From Octopus sinensis (taxonomy: Eukaryota): a DNA stretch of 64,000 nucleotides. The notes below the pieces were generated by a model that worked only from the letters and a program-made list of their open reading frames with translations, was not told the DNA's origin and did not search any database. Below, piece by piece: positions 1 through 14,656 of this stretch; position 1 is the stretch's first letter; the number at the start of each line of letters is the position of its first letter. Where the stretch lies: NCBI RefSeq assembly GCF_006345805.1, contig NW_021833054.1:20003-84002 (forward strand). The letters are read 5' to 3'. The translations under genes were made by a program, and so were the position numbers.

Positions 1-304
1 CACATTACATCTGATTGAGTAATCTAAACTCTAAAAGGTTAAAATGGCAATGAAACACGAGCCACATCTGCAGTTACTGAGAATGACTCAATCAACCTTC
101 TTGTAAAGAAAGACAAACCATAAGAAAACACACAATTCACTATCATGGTGGTTGTTTAACCCCAGGTCGGTTGTGACTGATTAGACCTATAACCAAAAGC
201 ATTCAAGACAGGACAATCCTGTCCTTTCAAGGGTATCTAAGAGTACATTATCCAATGTAACCTTTGGCTGCTATTTCTAGCAGGTCAAGTGACCTCATAA
301 TTCA

Positions 305-500
305 TTTAGCATTTAAACCGGCCATATCCATATTATGTTCAAACTGACCAGATGTATCCTCTGACACCAACCTGACAATATCATTCTAAAAATTAACAGT
401 TACCTCATCAAAATCTCAAAGCTGCAAGATAATGCATGATTAATTCAAAACAAAGTGAACAAATAAGCATTATTTTTGACAGAATAATATGAATGCTAAA
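305..500. mobile_element. Degenerate MITE-like element
   Basis: Inverted ends TTTAGCATTTA (305-315) and TGAATGCTAAA (490-500); no clear TSD. Confidence 0.35.
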
Positions 501-1902
501 GGATTAGTTTGTTGCTTACAGGTTCATTAGACCAGAGTTTCTTTCAGTTTCTATGGGGTTTAAGAGTACAACACTCCTCCACTATAGAGAACTGCAGCCC
601 ATTTCAGGATTAAAACCACTTCCTCTGGGATTACTTTTCAGCTGAATGAAATGGGGCATGTGAAATGAAATGCCTTGTTCAAACACACTATGCACAAGAT
701 CAAGAATTGAACCAATGCCTTTATCAAAAGGCCACACACCAACATAATTGCAAAGCGGTCACATTGAATGACTAACTATTCATTAGTTTTACAAGTTGGG
801 CTTATGTCTTTTAATGGGCAAAAGCTGCACCAGACTGACACCTTTGACTTCCTTAACAATGTAAAAGCTACAATAAGCTCCAGCGTACACTATTTATAAT
901 GAAAAATGCTGTTCGCTGCTAAAGTACACTCACACACAAATTCAGTAAAATTAGATTCTACTCAAATTACATTCCATATAGCAACCCACCCAACTCCATC
1001 AATTTACAAGCTGAATATTGATCGAAAGACAATAAATGGATGTGTACTAACGATGTGTCTACTAACACCAAATATTCATTACTTTCTAAAACAAATAAAA
1101 GGAAATCTATTTTAACAAAAAACAGAAAAACAACAAGATACACTGAACAATGGTGAAAATACTATTAATAGATTTGTAGCAGAAGATATTCTGATATTTT
1201 TAGACTTGATTATTTAAAGTTCCTGGTTCTACAAGACATGTCTGAGACATTTGAGAACCAAACTTGATACTTTGCAATATTCAATATAAGTGTAGACATC
1301 ACTGTGTGGTTAAAAAGTTTCCTTCCCATCTGCATGGTTTCAGGTTCAGTCCCACTGTGTAACATCTTGGGTGTCTTCTACTTTAACCCTGTCAATATAC
1401 ATATGCTTCAGAGAAAAGCATTAGTCAAGTAGAGAGTGTAATGAGAGATTACATAAATGACAAGAGAACCAGAAATTACGTTATGAACTTCATTATCTTA
1501 CAGCTGTTTCTGGTACAATATGCAAGGAACTCATAGTTGAGTGTTTGAGTATCACTTTATAATAGAAACAGTGGTAACCTAATGAAGTTCATTACATCAT
1601 TTCTTGTTCCTTATCATTTATATTTGTTTGTTTGTTTGTTTGTGTGTGTGTGAGAAAGAGGGAGAGAGAGTATGTATACATTTATGTCGCCTTGTCTTGA
1701 CAACACATGATAGTTGTGTCACTGTCATACAAAGTAGTATCATTCATTACCAATATTCTGCATAAACCTGTCCACTGATGGGGTAATAGTGATTTGCATG
1801 GAAGCAGGTAAGGGTTGGTGACAGGAAGGGCATCCAGCAATAGAAAAATCGGTCTCATTAAGCTCCATCTGACTCATGTAAGTATTGCAAAGTGGTCATT
1901 AA

Positions 1903-2108
1903 CTCTTTCGTTACCAACCCGGCCAAAACCAGCTCTGGCTCTTGTTTTCATAAGTTTTGCATTAAAATATACCACCAAACCTTAGTCGCAATTTATGTTC
2001 CTAACACTAGTTTAATGATAACTAAGTTATTTTACTAAATTCTTTGTTATATTTAAAATAATTGAAAGAAACACAGAGCATCTCAAAATAAATACAATAA
2101 CGAAAGGG
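1903..2108. mobile_element. piggyBac-like MITE
   Basis: TTAA at 1899-1902 and 2109-2112 flank imperfect TIRs CTCTTTCGTTA / TAACGAAAGGG. A TTAA TSD with CCC...GGG-type ends is the piggyBac signature. A reverse copy lies at about 44750-44968. Confidence 0.7.
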
Positions 2109-4694
2109 TTAAAACTATGATGATGTTGATGTTCCATTTCTTTTCATTCAAATGTTATAAGAGATAAAATCTGCCTTTTTTATCTTTCTTTAGTTAATGA
2201 ACCAAAAACATACTACTAAAAATAATTATCATTTTAGAGCTTTAAAATAAATAAGTGAATACATACCCCTGACGCACCTCGGTGGGCAAATAATCTTGGT
2301 TTGGAAGGCAAACTATCTGCTGGTCGAACACATGGAGATTCAATAAATAGTGGAATGATATAGAGGCCAACAAGAATTGCCATGTATACCACTGAAATTA
2401 ATAGTTTCAAACCTATATGGGAAAGAAAACCAAAAAAAGCAATATTATATTATTTAATTCCATTCAATAGGGAACAAAATTACAAGGAACAACTGTATGC
2501 TTCTGTGTGTATGTAAATGTGCATGAATGCAAGCATGCATGCATTCATATATACATACATAGATATGTATGTACATACATACATACACACATACATACAT
2601 CAGTGCTGGTGACATGTGAAAGGCACCAGTGCTGGTAACACATAAGAGGAGCCCATGCCAAAGACACATACAAGGCATCCAGTACACAGTGGTTGGTGTT
2701 AGGAAGGGCATCCTGCCATAGAGACCAAGCTGAAATAGACTGGAGCTTGATACAGCTCTCTGGCATACTAGTACCTGTCAAACTGTCTTACTCATGCCAG
2801 CATTGAAAATGGACACTAAATGATGCTGGAGATGATGGTGATGATATATATATATATATATAGGAACAAGCAAAACATGTTTGGTCATGGGGAAATAGTC
2901 CATTGTTTGGAAACTAGTGACAGTTGGCAAGAGGAAGAGCACCCAGCCAAAGAAAATTTACCTTAATAGACTCCAACCAACCAATGCAAGCATGGAAAAC
3001 AGGACGTGATGATGATGATGGTGGTGGTGGTGGTGATGCGTATGATGATGATGATGATGATGATGATATATTTGAAAACACTGAATAAGGGTGATTTTTC
3101 TGATAATTTGATGAGTAGATGTTTGCAAAGTGTCATTTTGTAAAATTCTCATCATTAAAGGAGAAAATAACTGGTTTACAGAGAAATTGAGGCAAACATA
3201 AAAATAGTTGTCTAGTCTAATTTTGGGGTGCTGTGGAAGAGGTAAACCTATGAAGATATTGGATCTTCAAATGTGGGGTCTCATGGAGGTAATGACAAGC
3301 AATTGTGACCTCTGGTGATTTGCTGTGCTTGAGAAGACTAATCAAGTGAAATCATAGTTGTGGGTATTGTTGGTGACACATAAAAGGCACTAACTAAACT
3401 CTTGGAGTGGTTGACATTAGGAAGAGCATCCAGCCATGGAAACCAAGCCAAAATCAAACTGGAGCCTGGTACAGCTCTCCAGCTTATCAGATCCAGTCAA
3501 ACTGTCTAACCCATGCCATCAGGGAGGAAAGTGTACACTAAATGATGATGATGAGTATGTATGTGTATATATATAAACTAAGTCAGATTAAAATGTAGGA
3601 AGCAAGATATGGTCACCTGGCCTGTCTCAGGCCATTACAACCTGCTCTGCTCACATTATGTTGTGGCAAGAGTCACAACAGCCCCTGCGAGAATAGACTT
3701 GATTGAATCACTATAAACAGTAGCGGTCTGAGTGAAAGACAGAGAAGAGGCATTAATTGCAGGAAGTCATAAGGTTTCGTTTTGGTAGTTTGTCAGAATA
3801 TCATTTGTTGATTCATGAACAGTTCAAGGAGAGTTTGTTGGAATGTTATGTTGTTACCCTGCTTCGTTATATGTTTATTGTTACTACATGGTTATAGTGT
3901 AAACAAGTATCGTCATAATTAGTGGTGATACTACAATAATTGGTGACGAGTAACTACATTACAATATTATTATCAAGGAAAGAAAGCATAAAACCAAGAT
4001 GAAAATGATGATGACGATGAGGAGTGTGTGTGTGTGTGTATCTGCAAGTCTGTGTTTTTATTAACTCAATAAAATCATTACCCTATACTTGGCTATTGTT
4101 ATAATTGTGTAAGAGGAGTAGAAATGGTGGCAGATTACATGCAATGCAGTGTTTAGTTGAAACCTTCCCATTCTGAAATCAAATTATATTTTATTCGTTT
4201 CTTTTTTTCCTTTTTATTTCAGTATAAATTTTGTTTACAGTTATACATGTATTCACAATTTTATGAAAAAAAAAAAATTAAAAAAGGGACATCAGAATTG
4301 AACTATGAAATCCAGAAATCCAGATGGGATCAATAGTTTACTTAGGATCACATTCATGGAGATCAGCAAAGGATCCAACAACAACAAAAAAATCTGATCT
4401 CTAAACAACTCCCCAAGTTACAGATACTCTTCTGATTGTTACAGAAGACATACTGAACAAAATAACTGGTTCATGAGATAGAAACTTGTAACCAATGATG
4501 CTATTGTTCACAAGTTGCAATATAAAATATACGGATCCTGCTTTTAACTGTTATCTAAATGCTGATCAATCACACACAAAAGAAAAGAAACTCATAATCC
4601 TATTTTTTATAGTCTAAGTAAAGGTAAATCTATTTGTCAATATATATAAATATCTATTTTCTTGTTTATCTTCTGAATATATTTAGTTTTTGTA

Positions 4695-4753
<59 letters not shown>

Positions 4754-5332
4754 ACGTGTGTGTGTGTGTATGTACATATTTATATATATCAAGCCTTATC
4801 TACATCACTAATCCTTTATTCATGGTCACTGGGACTGTTGGCAAGAAGTAAGGAAGTCACTCTCAAAAACAAAATCTGTAGAAAACATGTAAAAAAAATC
4901 TGAAATCTACTGAAGACTCCCAAGAACCAGGTGGTGGTGGTAGCAGGATTAAACTGGTCAAAGGATTAAGCCAACCACCTAAGGATTCAGAACACAAACA
5001 ACCAGAACAAATTCCACAATGCATCACATCTGATGGTCTAACGATCCTGTCAACCCCCTACGATGCACTCAGAGTTTATCTTATTAACCCTTCCAAAAGG
5101 ATGGAAGAGAAAGTTGACCTCAGTGAGATTCGAACTTAGGAATATAGATAGGTGAATCAAATGCCATTTATGCTACACTAACAAGGTATGAACACCAGAA
5201 AATTAGGAAAATGAAAAGTGTCATTGTATTTGAGATAGAATTTAATAAGTCTGTTTTCTTTAACGACAACATTTTCAGAAATAAATTTGTATATGTCTGA
5301 CAAAGATTTTTGAAATGACAAAATATACTTAC

Positions 5333-5455
5333 AGAATTGGTCTAAGCTGTACCACTGTCTTATCAGAATACAAGAGAGAATAGTAAAGATCACAACCAGA
5401 CCAATATGAATAAAAGGACCAAAGATCTGGAAAATAATCAAAGAAAATAACTCAA
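5333..5455 (-). other. Candidate hydrophobic exon (phase 1-1) of an unidentified gene or pseudogene
   Basis: Acceptor TTATTATTTTTAG, donor GTAAGT, 123 nt open frame ELFSLIIFQIFGPFIHIGLVVIFTILSCILIRQWYSLDQF (TM-like). No family recognised. Confidence 0.3.
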
Positions 5456-7545
5456 CTAAAAATAATAACTTTAATGGTAAAGTCATCATCATTGTTTTAA
5501 CATCTACTTTTCCATGCTTGCATGGGTTAGATGCAATTTGTTATGGCAAACTTTCTATGGCAAGATGTCCTTCCTATTGCCAATCTTGATCCGTTTCTAA
5601 GTAAGGTAGTATTTCTCCATGACTACACATATTTCCACAGAAGATTGGAAAAGAATGATATTGCTTGCATGATGGTGACACTTGTTTACAACTATCACAT
5701 GACGCCAAGGACAAAATGTTGTCTACACATACACTGAGTGGGATTCTTTCAGTTTCTCTCTGCCAAATCCATTCACAAGGCTTTGGTTGGTCCAAGGTCA
5801 TTGTAGAAGACACTTGCCCAAGGTGTCACACAGTGGGGCTAAATTTGAAACCATGTGGTCAGGAAACAAACTTCATATTATGCAGCTACATCTGTGCCTA
5901 CAGCCACAACTGATACTCCATATGATATCTATGTCAAAAAAGTAACCACTATACTGCTTTGTAAAGACTTTCCTTTCGTAATTGTGACAATTTGATCTTC
6001 GAATTGATTCAAGGAGACTATATTTCCATTGTTTTTTTTCACTTTGCTAATATTATCTATCAGCTGCAATTCCTGACAGAAGTATCACCTTTTTTGTGGA
6101 ACATAGTGACAATAGGAGGAATGAAAATTTCAACTCAGAATGCACAAATCCAGAACAGATACTGCAAGGCATTTAGTTCAATACTCTAACACTAAAGCTA
6201 ATCAATCACTCAAAAGGATGAAGGGTAAAGTTGACTTCACTGGGATTTGAATTGGAACATATACCATGAGGCATTCTATCTAACACTAAAACAATTTTGC
6301 CAATTTGCTGCCTGTACAAATAGAAGTATGACTTCTACTGTTGGGTTTTGAGCTCTATGTACTTTAACATCATCCAGTTTGCTTCCAGTATAATGGTTAA
6401 ACTGCTACAATACTGAGTAGTATAACTAGTTATGATGTACAGAGCAAATGTAGGAGAAATTATCATAAACACAGACATATTATCCTTTTTCAATTACTAA
6501 TTCCACTCATTAGAATGTAGCCATACCAGGCCACTACCTTGAAGTATTTTAGTCGAGTGAATCAACCCTAGTACGTCCTTTATTTTTTTTTTTTAAGCCT
6601 GATACTTATTCTATCAGTGTTTTTTTCCAAACTGCTATTACAGGCATAAACACATAAATACACTGGTTGTCAAGTGGTAGTGCGGGACAAACACAGACAT
6701 ACACATGCATGCACACACAATGGGTTTCTTTCAGGTTCCATCTACTAAATTCACACATATGACTTCGGTCAACTCAAGGCTATATGTATGTAATTCTGAA
6801 AGAGACTAATAATAGTCGCAAGAAAATAACATTACTTAATATATATTTATTACATATTTTCTAATCATTAACAAAAGAAATATAATTTGGAGAAAAATGT
6901 TTCAAATATAATAGAGACTTACTTGAAATGATAGTTTCAGCATTGCCCACTCAGATGGCCAGAGAGTATTCATGGCTATTGTGAAGCCAATGCAACTCAA
7001 AAGACTGATGATTATCATCGCTACATGGAATGGATGTATATATAACTGATGTCCCACATAAATGTGACATATTGATAGACCCTGTTAATGATAACATAAA
7101 ATAGATGGAAGCACTGAAATAATGTTAAGTTACAGCATGAGGTGAAAATGGATTAAAGGGAAATTATAATCTTAAAGTTTATAAAATGGAGATATTAAAA
7201 AAAAAATTATTTGTGATTAATTCCAAATGACAACTTAGTGAGATCTGTTTGGTATGAGGGTCCTTAATTTGCTGCCACACAGTGTGACTGAAGCTGAACC
7301 ATGTGGTTAGGAAGTGAATTTCTTAACTACATAGACATGTCCATACACACACAGACACACATACACATGGGTGTGAAATTGTGAAGATTGGTTTATAACT
7401 GATAAGGGATGAGAGTATCCATGTTTTTTGTGTTTTTTCCTGTTTTCCATGTGTTCTTTTGTTTCTTTCCATGTAACTTCTTTCTCTCTCTCTCTCAATA
7501 TACAGACACACACAATATGCACACAAACACACACCTATATATATA

Positions 7546-7596
<51 letters not shown>

Positions 7597-7811
7597 TATA
7601 CACACATGCACAAACATTATACACACACACACACCAATATTACAAGCACTTTAGAATTCAGTGTGAACTAGGAAAAACTGACGCATCATGACATTTCTTC
7701 TCATACATAGACTTTACTGTTAAATATTTTAGATGATGTCAATATCAATGCAGATCTTGCTGTTGACATACAGTGAATGAATATTTTGTTATAAATGTTT
7801 CCTTTATCTCC

Positions 7812-7875
<64 letters not shown>

Positions 7876-9113
7876 ACACACTCATATATACATGTATATA
7901 CACACACATATATATACCTATACAAACACGCACACACACACACATATATATTTGTATATCTGTTACAAACCAATGAAGGAACCTTTACATGGTACACAAC
8001 TTGCTAGAAGTAGTATAGCCATCAGATGTCACTTAGCAAAAAAATACGTATGTGGTTGTGTCCTACCAATGGACCTCTTTGTCACTGCTGTGTCAAATTT
8101 TGGCTTAAAATATCTAACCTCAAAATAAATGTTATAAATACCATTTTTATACTCTACAACTGTCTTAATCATCATTACAGACAAATAAGTAATAATGTTA
8201 AGAAGCAATTAAAGAGAGTATTATCTTTTCTCCTTGTTTAATATTTCAAAATACTACAGTAGGATCATGATTTTATATTCCCCCTAGAATAATGAGGTGG
8301 TATTGCAAGTGAAAGGTATAAAACATGATCAACCAGCTTACTGTTTCATCAATATTTCATTTGTTTAAAAATATCAATGTATTTTATATTATTGTGAGGT
8401 GATAGGCACTTCTAACCAAACCAGTTCTTCTGGATGAATTGAAATTGTATATTGTATATTATATATATACTGTCTTTATAATAACATCACGTTTTATGGG
8501 AAAGATAACATCCTTCTGACAGTTTGAAGCAGCAACTGGTTATATAGTCTATATCTTGCTACTATGCGATGTTGGAACAATAAATAATACATATCTATTT
8601 GAAAGCATTGTTTACAGAGGCAAGTTTTGTCACATTCTGCTGTCATAACATACAAAGACAGCAATACATTTACTTCATATTAGCTTCTAGGATGAAAATA
8701 ATGTTGCTGAAAATTATGAGAACTTCAACTCGTAACAAAGATAATTTAATAATCTTCAAGACCTAACTTTAGGTAAAGATACTGAATGAAAAATGCTGTG
8801 ACCAGAAACCACTGTATAAATGAATTTCTATCTTGACCTGACCTTAGACTTGACTGTATATTGAGATCATAAAAAGTCATAGCATTACAATAAACAATGC
8901 TCTATCTTTCTTCCTTCTTCATGATATTAAAACACATTTGGAAGAAGGTTGTGAACAAGATTCATAAAAATAAAACACTTCGCTGCACTGAGACTAGAAA
9001 TAATACCATCTCTAGTGATAAAACATTTTCATTTTGTTTTGCATTTTCAATTAGTTTGAAGAATAAAATTTGCACACGTGTGCATCTTTTCCATGCTTGT
9101 ATTGGCTGCATAG

Positions 9114-9146
<33 letters not shown>

Positions 9147-10116
9147 TATAATATATATCATCATCATCATTTAACGTTCATTTTCCATGTTGGCATGGGT
9201 TGGACAGTTTGACAGGAGCTGGCCAGCTGAAGAGCTGCACAAGGCTCCATGGCTATTTTGTCAAGGTTTCTGCAGCTAGATGTCCTTCCTAGTGCCAATT
9301 ACTTTACAGAGTGTACTGGGTGCTTTTATGCAGCTCCAGTACAGGTGCATTTATCTAGCACCAGTACAGGTGTTTTTTTTACATGGGACCATGAGCCTAC
9401 ATGATCAGAAACATACAGATACAGAGAGATGCAGAGGACATACCTGTATGCAAGGACAACCACAATTTTGTTTAGCTTGATATGTCTTCTCAAGCACAGC
9501 AAACCTCCAGGAGTCACAGTCCCCTGTCATCTCAGAGACTCCTATGCTTATATTGAATAGTGAGAATGAGTGCTCAACCATGCGTTGGTGGATGATTTTT
9601 TTTCATTTGTGAGTTAACAAGGATACCAATTGTTTCATGTGAAGAGATCCTCACAATTATTCAAAATGGAGATAAGTACCTACCAAAAAAAGTGTGTGTG
9701 TGTGTATAATCATCATCATCATCACTTAACGTCTGTTATCCATGATGGCATGGGTTGAATGGTTGGCATGCTGGAAGGCTGTACCAAACTCCAGTCTGAT
9801 TTGGCATGGTTTTCTACAACTTTTATGTGCCACCAGCACGGGTGTCATTTGCATGACTGTAGTCTATAAACAATCATTAACAATGTGCTGCATTGATGGC
9901 AGAGAGACTTAACTCTGAAATGCCCACTTCACTTAAATGCAAGTAGAAACTACTAAGTACTAATTCTATACTGAGGTTGACTGTATCAGTTCTATGACTT
10001 CTCCTCTGGTACTTAGAGAAGTGAAATAGCAGTGTGTACAAGACATGAGCTATGAGTGGGTTGAGTCTTTTTCAAGTGGTTTTGCAGTGTTTCAGAGTAG
10101 AATGTTTTATTGTACA

Positions 10117-10344
10117 TCCGAGCGTGGCCGTCTGCCAGCCTCGTCTGGCACCTGTGTCGGTGGCACATAAAATCGCCCACTACACTCTCGGAGTGGTTGG
10201 TGTTAGGAAGGGCATCCAGCTGTAGAAACACTGCCAGATCTGACTGGCCTGGTGCAGCCTTCGGGCTTGCCAGACCCCAGTTGAACCGTCCAACCCATGC
10301 TAGCATGGAAAGCGGACGTTAAATGATGATGATGATGATGATGA
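10117..10344 (+). mobile_element. RTE-LINE-related 3' end repeat with (GAT)n tail (well-preserved copy)
   Basis: Ends CCAACCCATGCTAGCATGGAAAGCGGACGTTAAATGATGATGAT. The same terminus is attached to RTE ORF2 sequence at 22665-23640 and 45405-46940. Other short copies lie near 2600-2830, 3380-3555, 9160-9520, 9715-9850, 12440-12595, 14700-14882, 25120-25260, 36610-36820 and 47530-47700. Confidence 0.75.
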
Positions 10345-11099
10345 TTATCAAAGTTCATTTAGATGTTGGGAATAGATACCAAATTATCTAGAAATGTTAC
10401 TTATCCAGGAGAGAAGATTTCTCTATTTTCTATTTAATATCATAAAGCTGGCAATATGCATCAGCCCTTTAGTGTTCATTATGGTTGAAGATGTATTTAC
10501 ATTTTCATATTTGGTCTGGTAAGTAGACGTTTACATTGTAAACTTCATTGCTCAAATTGTTACATTACAACCCTTTCTCATCAATTGACCATACATCTAC
10601 AGCAAGGAGTCATTACAGTTCATTATAATGCAGTATACAAACTAAAACTAAAAAGTTAAACACAAACTGAAGGAAACATACATAGATATATCATGAGTAG
10701 AAATGTTCTATTATGAACTCTAAATCCAATAGCTAAGTTATATTTTTCTTCTATTATTTCTGTGAACTGGGAAAATAATGTAAAATTGAAAGCAACTTAC
10801 CACTAAAATTGCAAAATACCCAAACACAACCCCTGTTATGGACAGCATTATTGTATACCATGGTAAATATTTCAGTTTCAATTTTACTGTAAAATACCTG
10901 GAAAAGCAATAAATGAAAACTCATTAAATCATCATTATCATCATCATTTAACGTCCATGTTCCATGCTAGCATGGGTAGGACTAGAAATGAAAATCATTT
11001 TGTGGTTTGTTTTGTGTGGGCTTTTGTTTGTGTTTTTAATTGTTGAGTGTGGTGGAAAGGGCAGTGTCCCTGGCCTTCACAGGTCCTTCTATTATAAAT

Positions 11100-11353
11100 C
11101 AGTGGTTCTCAAGTGGGGTCCACATGACCCATTGGGGTCTACATAAGATTTTGTTGCTAAAATTATGTGCAATAAATTGATTATACTTCTACAATAAACA
11201 AAATATTTCAACAATTTTTTAATATAATTCTTAATATTATTTAATTATAAAAATGCAATAAGATTTTTTAAAACTTCAAATGGTTATGAGGGTCCATCAA
11301 AATAAAATAGGAATGAAAAAGGTCCATAGGTAAAAAATGCTTGAGAACCACTG
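11100..11353. mobile_element. hAT (Charlie-like) MITE
   Basis: TIRs CAGTGGTTCTCAAG / CTTGAGAACCACTG; 8-bp TSD is degenerate. Confidence 0.75.
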
Positions 11354-11604
11354 TTCTATAGCAATGAAACTAAAACCATTAATGTTTGCATTGAAACAAA
11401 TCCAGAGAGCCAATGTGTATTTGGATGGATCAGACCGAATTTGTTGAGGCAGAATTTTCTACAAACAGACGCCTTTTCTATGGCCAGCTCTCACCTGTTT
11501 CTAGGCTAGGTAATATTTCCTATGGTCAGATATGTTATTCCAAAGAAGACTGGAAATGAACAGTATTGCATGACGATGATGTTTGACAAAGGTACACACA
11601 CACA

Positions 11605-11635
<31 letters not shown>

Positions 11636-13073
11636 TGGAGGATGTCTTTCAGTTTCTGTCAGCCAAATCCACTCACAAGATTTTGATTGGCTCAGAGCTA
11701 TAGACACTTGCCCAAGGTGCAGACAGTGGGACTGAACTCAAGACACATGGTTGGAAAGCAAGCTTCTTAACCACACAGCCATGTTTGCACCTATTATAAA
11801 TATTTTCTGGGTAGTAAAGTTATATTTTGGAATATTTCAACCTAATTTACATTTCCTTAAACAATTCCAGATGTGAAAGGTTCCTTTGAGAATATAACTC
11901 AGAAAATATACAAATATGATTTTATTCTGTTGATCTGTACTTCAAATTGTTGTCTTTTGTAATCTAGTGGTAGTTGGTTAAAACAGGATGAAGTCTCATA
12001 AAATGCACTGCTACTGAGAACAATAATCTCATTTATGAACCACCCCACTCTACACCCAACCTTCAACCCTACCTGATCTTTACAGATGTTGCCTAACTCC
12101 CTTTCCCTTTTCTATTCCCCCATCTCTTGCTCCACTCCTACACTCCTACAAACCACCCATCCACACTCATATTTCTTTGGTCCCCAGTCCTACTCACTTA
12201 GTACCTTTGTGCCTTGAGGAGCCACCAGAACATCTCATCACCACTATTTATTTTTTAGCAGCTTGTATTGATAGTTTTCACCCTTTTTTCTCAATATAAA
12301 TAACTATATAGTTCCTCCAAAGCAAGAAACTGCTTTGTGCACTCTCTCATACTTTAAACCATTATCTCCTAGTATAAAACCAATCTCCCACCCCTCAGGG
12401 TTTATAGTCTTTCAAGCAGCATGGTGATCCTAATAAAGCTGGTGACTTGTAAAAAGCATCCAGTACATGCTGTAAAGTGGTTGGTTTTAGGAAGGGCATC
12501 CAGCCATAAAAACCAAGCTAAGCAGACACTGGAGCTCGTCAGATTTTGACAAACTGCCCAGGAACATGGAGATTAAATGATGATGATGATGATAGCATCA
12601 GTAGATACAGAGAAAGAAAAAAAGAAAATTTAGAAAAATGATGATGAGCCCTAACAATGGCATAATGCTGAGAATTCTGCAAAGATTATTATACTTCACT
12701 TGGGATAAAAGTGAAATATGGACAAAATTAAATCCTGAAGGGTATTTAAGGTAGTGCTTCATCATCATAATATTGTTAACAATAGTGGTTATGTTGATAC
12801 TTATCTTTTGTTGTTCTCATACAGGATTCTTTAACTTAGCAGTATGTTTGTTTAACATACAGAAAAAAACTAAAATTTGACCTCAAATGTATTCAGACTA
12901 AGTGATCTAAGGATTATCGCTATTTTCTCTAGTATTTCAGTTATTGTTCCTTAATCTTTTGTGTTCTACCTTATATAAATGGGTTACCCCTAAAGTCCAT
13001 CACTCAGTTGTTGCTCACATTTATTGTGTATATGCAAATCAGATATGCAACTTACACTCAGAAATTTACGCAC

Positions 13074-13433
13074 CATAGCTGATGGCAGAAAAGAAGCAAA
13101 GGCATATTAGATGCACCACATTTTCAACAGCAAATACTAAGGAAAATATTTTTAGTACATTAAAGCTTTTGGGAGACCCAACATTATCATGTAATGCCTT
13201 ACTTTTCCATCTGTTATGCAGCTCTGAGATTCCATTTGATTTGGTTTGTGCTTTTGTTTGTTTTGTTGTCACAATAGTTTCTTCTGTTCCATCAAGTTGT
13301 GTTTCAGTCTCAGTGATTTTTTAAATATATTTCTTTGCACCTTCTGATATTGGGTGTAGATTCTTAGAACTTTCATACTTGTAGACAAGTTTAAGCACCC
13401 AGTCATCGGTGTTCTTTAGATGGGCATCTACTC
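13074..13433 (-). pseudogene. Candidate exon with one in-frame TAA, ending in a TM-like segment
   Basis: Acceptor TAATTATAG at 13434. About 120 codons with a single stop (13321-13323). Ends KIFSLVFAVENVVHLICLCFFSAISY. Possible donors GTGCGT (13073) or GTAAGT (13055), both phase 1. Confidence 0.3.
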
Positions 13434-13500
13434 CTATAATTACTGACTTAAGAGACTGTTGCAGCTGCATCAGACCACATCCTCCATCCTGCTGTGGGAT

Positions 13501-13527
13501 GACTACTACTACTACTACTACTACTAT

Positions 13528-13561
<34 letters not shown>

Positions 13562-13593
13562 GTTACTGCTACAGCTGCTACTACTACTACTAC
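13501..13593. repeat. (ACT)n microsatellite
   Basis: Direct observation. Confidence 0.95.
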
Positions 13594-14235
13594 TTCGCTA
13601 GTGCATGTTAATTTAGTTAGAAGTTATTTTATCTTGAGGTTTAGTAACAAGTCTCCTCAAATCTTGAGAATCTTCCTTAGAATTATTGCAGAAGATAGGA
13701 TGGTACGTTTCTGCAGGTCAACAATGTGAGTTTTAATATCATCATCATCATCATCATCATCACCACCACTGCCGTCACCGCTGCTGCCACCACCATCATC
13801 ACCATCGTCCACAGCCAGCAGACTAAAGTGACACTTATTTACTGGTGATGCTTCAAGAACCCTGCAAAGATTCTTGCAGTTCCAAGCAATGCTGATTTAT
13901 GTAGGTGTTCTGCCTTCACACTTGCACCAGTCTTTTTCAGGTATAATCCCACGTCATGGTACTACGTACAAGTGGCTTCTGCTGTTGCCCCGGGCTAACC
14001 AATGTCTTGAGAGTGGATTTGGCAGATGGAAACTGAAAAAAGTCCATCATATATATATTCTTTTATTTGTTTCAATCATTTGGCTGTGGCCATGCTGGAA
14101 CACTACTTTTTACTGGACAAATTTGTTAGCCTAGTACTTATTCTATCATTCATTTTGCCAAACTGCTAAGTTACAGGGATGTAAACACACCAATATCGGT
14201 TGTCAAGAGATAGTAGGGAGACAAACACAGATGCA

Positions 14236-14284
<49 letters not shown>

Positions 14285-14598
14285 TTTTATATATATACAA
14301 CAGGCGTCTTTCAGTTTCTGTCTACCAAATCCACTCACAAGGCTTTGTTGGCCTGAGGCTATAGTACAAATGTGACAAGGCTAGCCCCTGGAAATACAGG
14401 TACTAATCATTTTTGCCAGCTGAATGGACCGGAGTAATGTGAAATATAATGTCTTGCTCAAAGAAACAATGTGCTGCTAGGAATCAAACTTGTGACCCTA
14501 CAATCGCGAGCTGAATTCCCTAACCACTAGGCCATGCACGATATATATATATATATATATATACATATCATCATCATCATCATCACATATATATATAT

Positions 14599-14656
<58 letters not shown>

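Noticed and set aside
8691-8772. Plus-strand exon-like segment (TAG|GATGAA...TTAG|GTAAAG)
   Set aside because: Two in-frame stops in 27 codons and no partner exons found.
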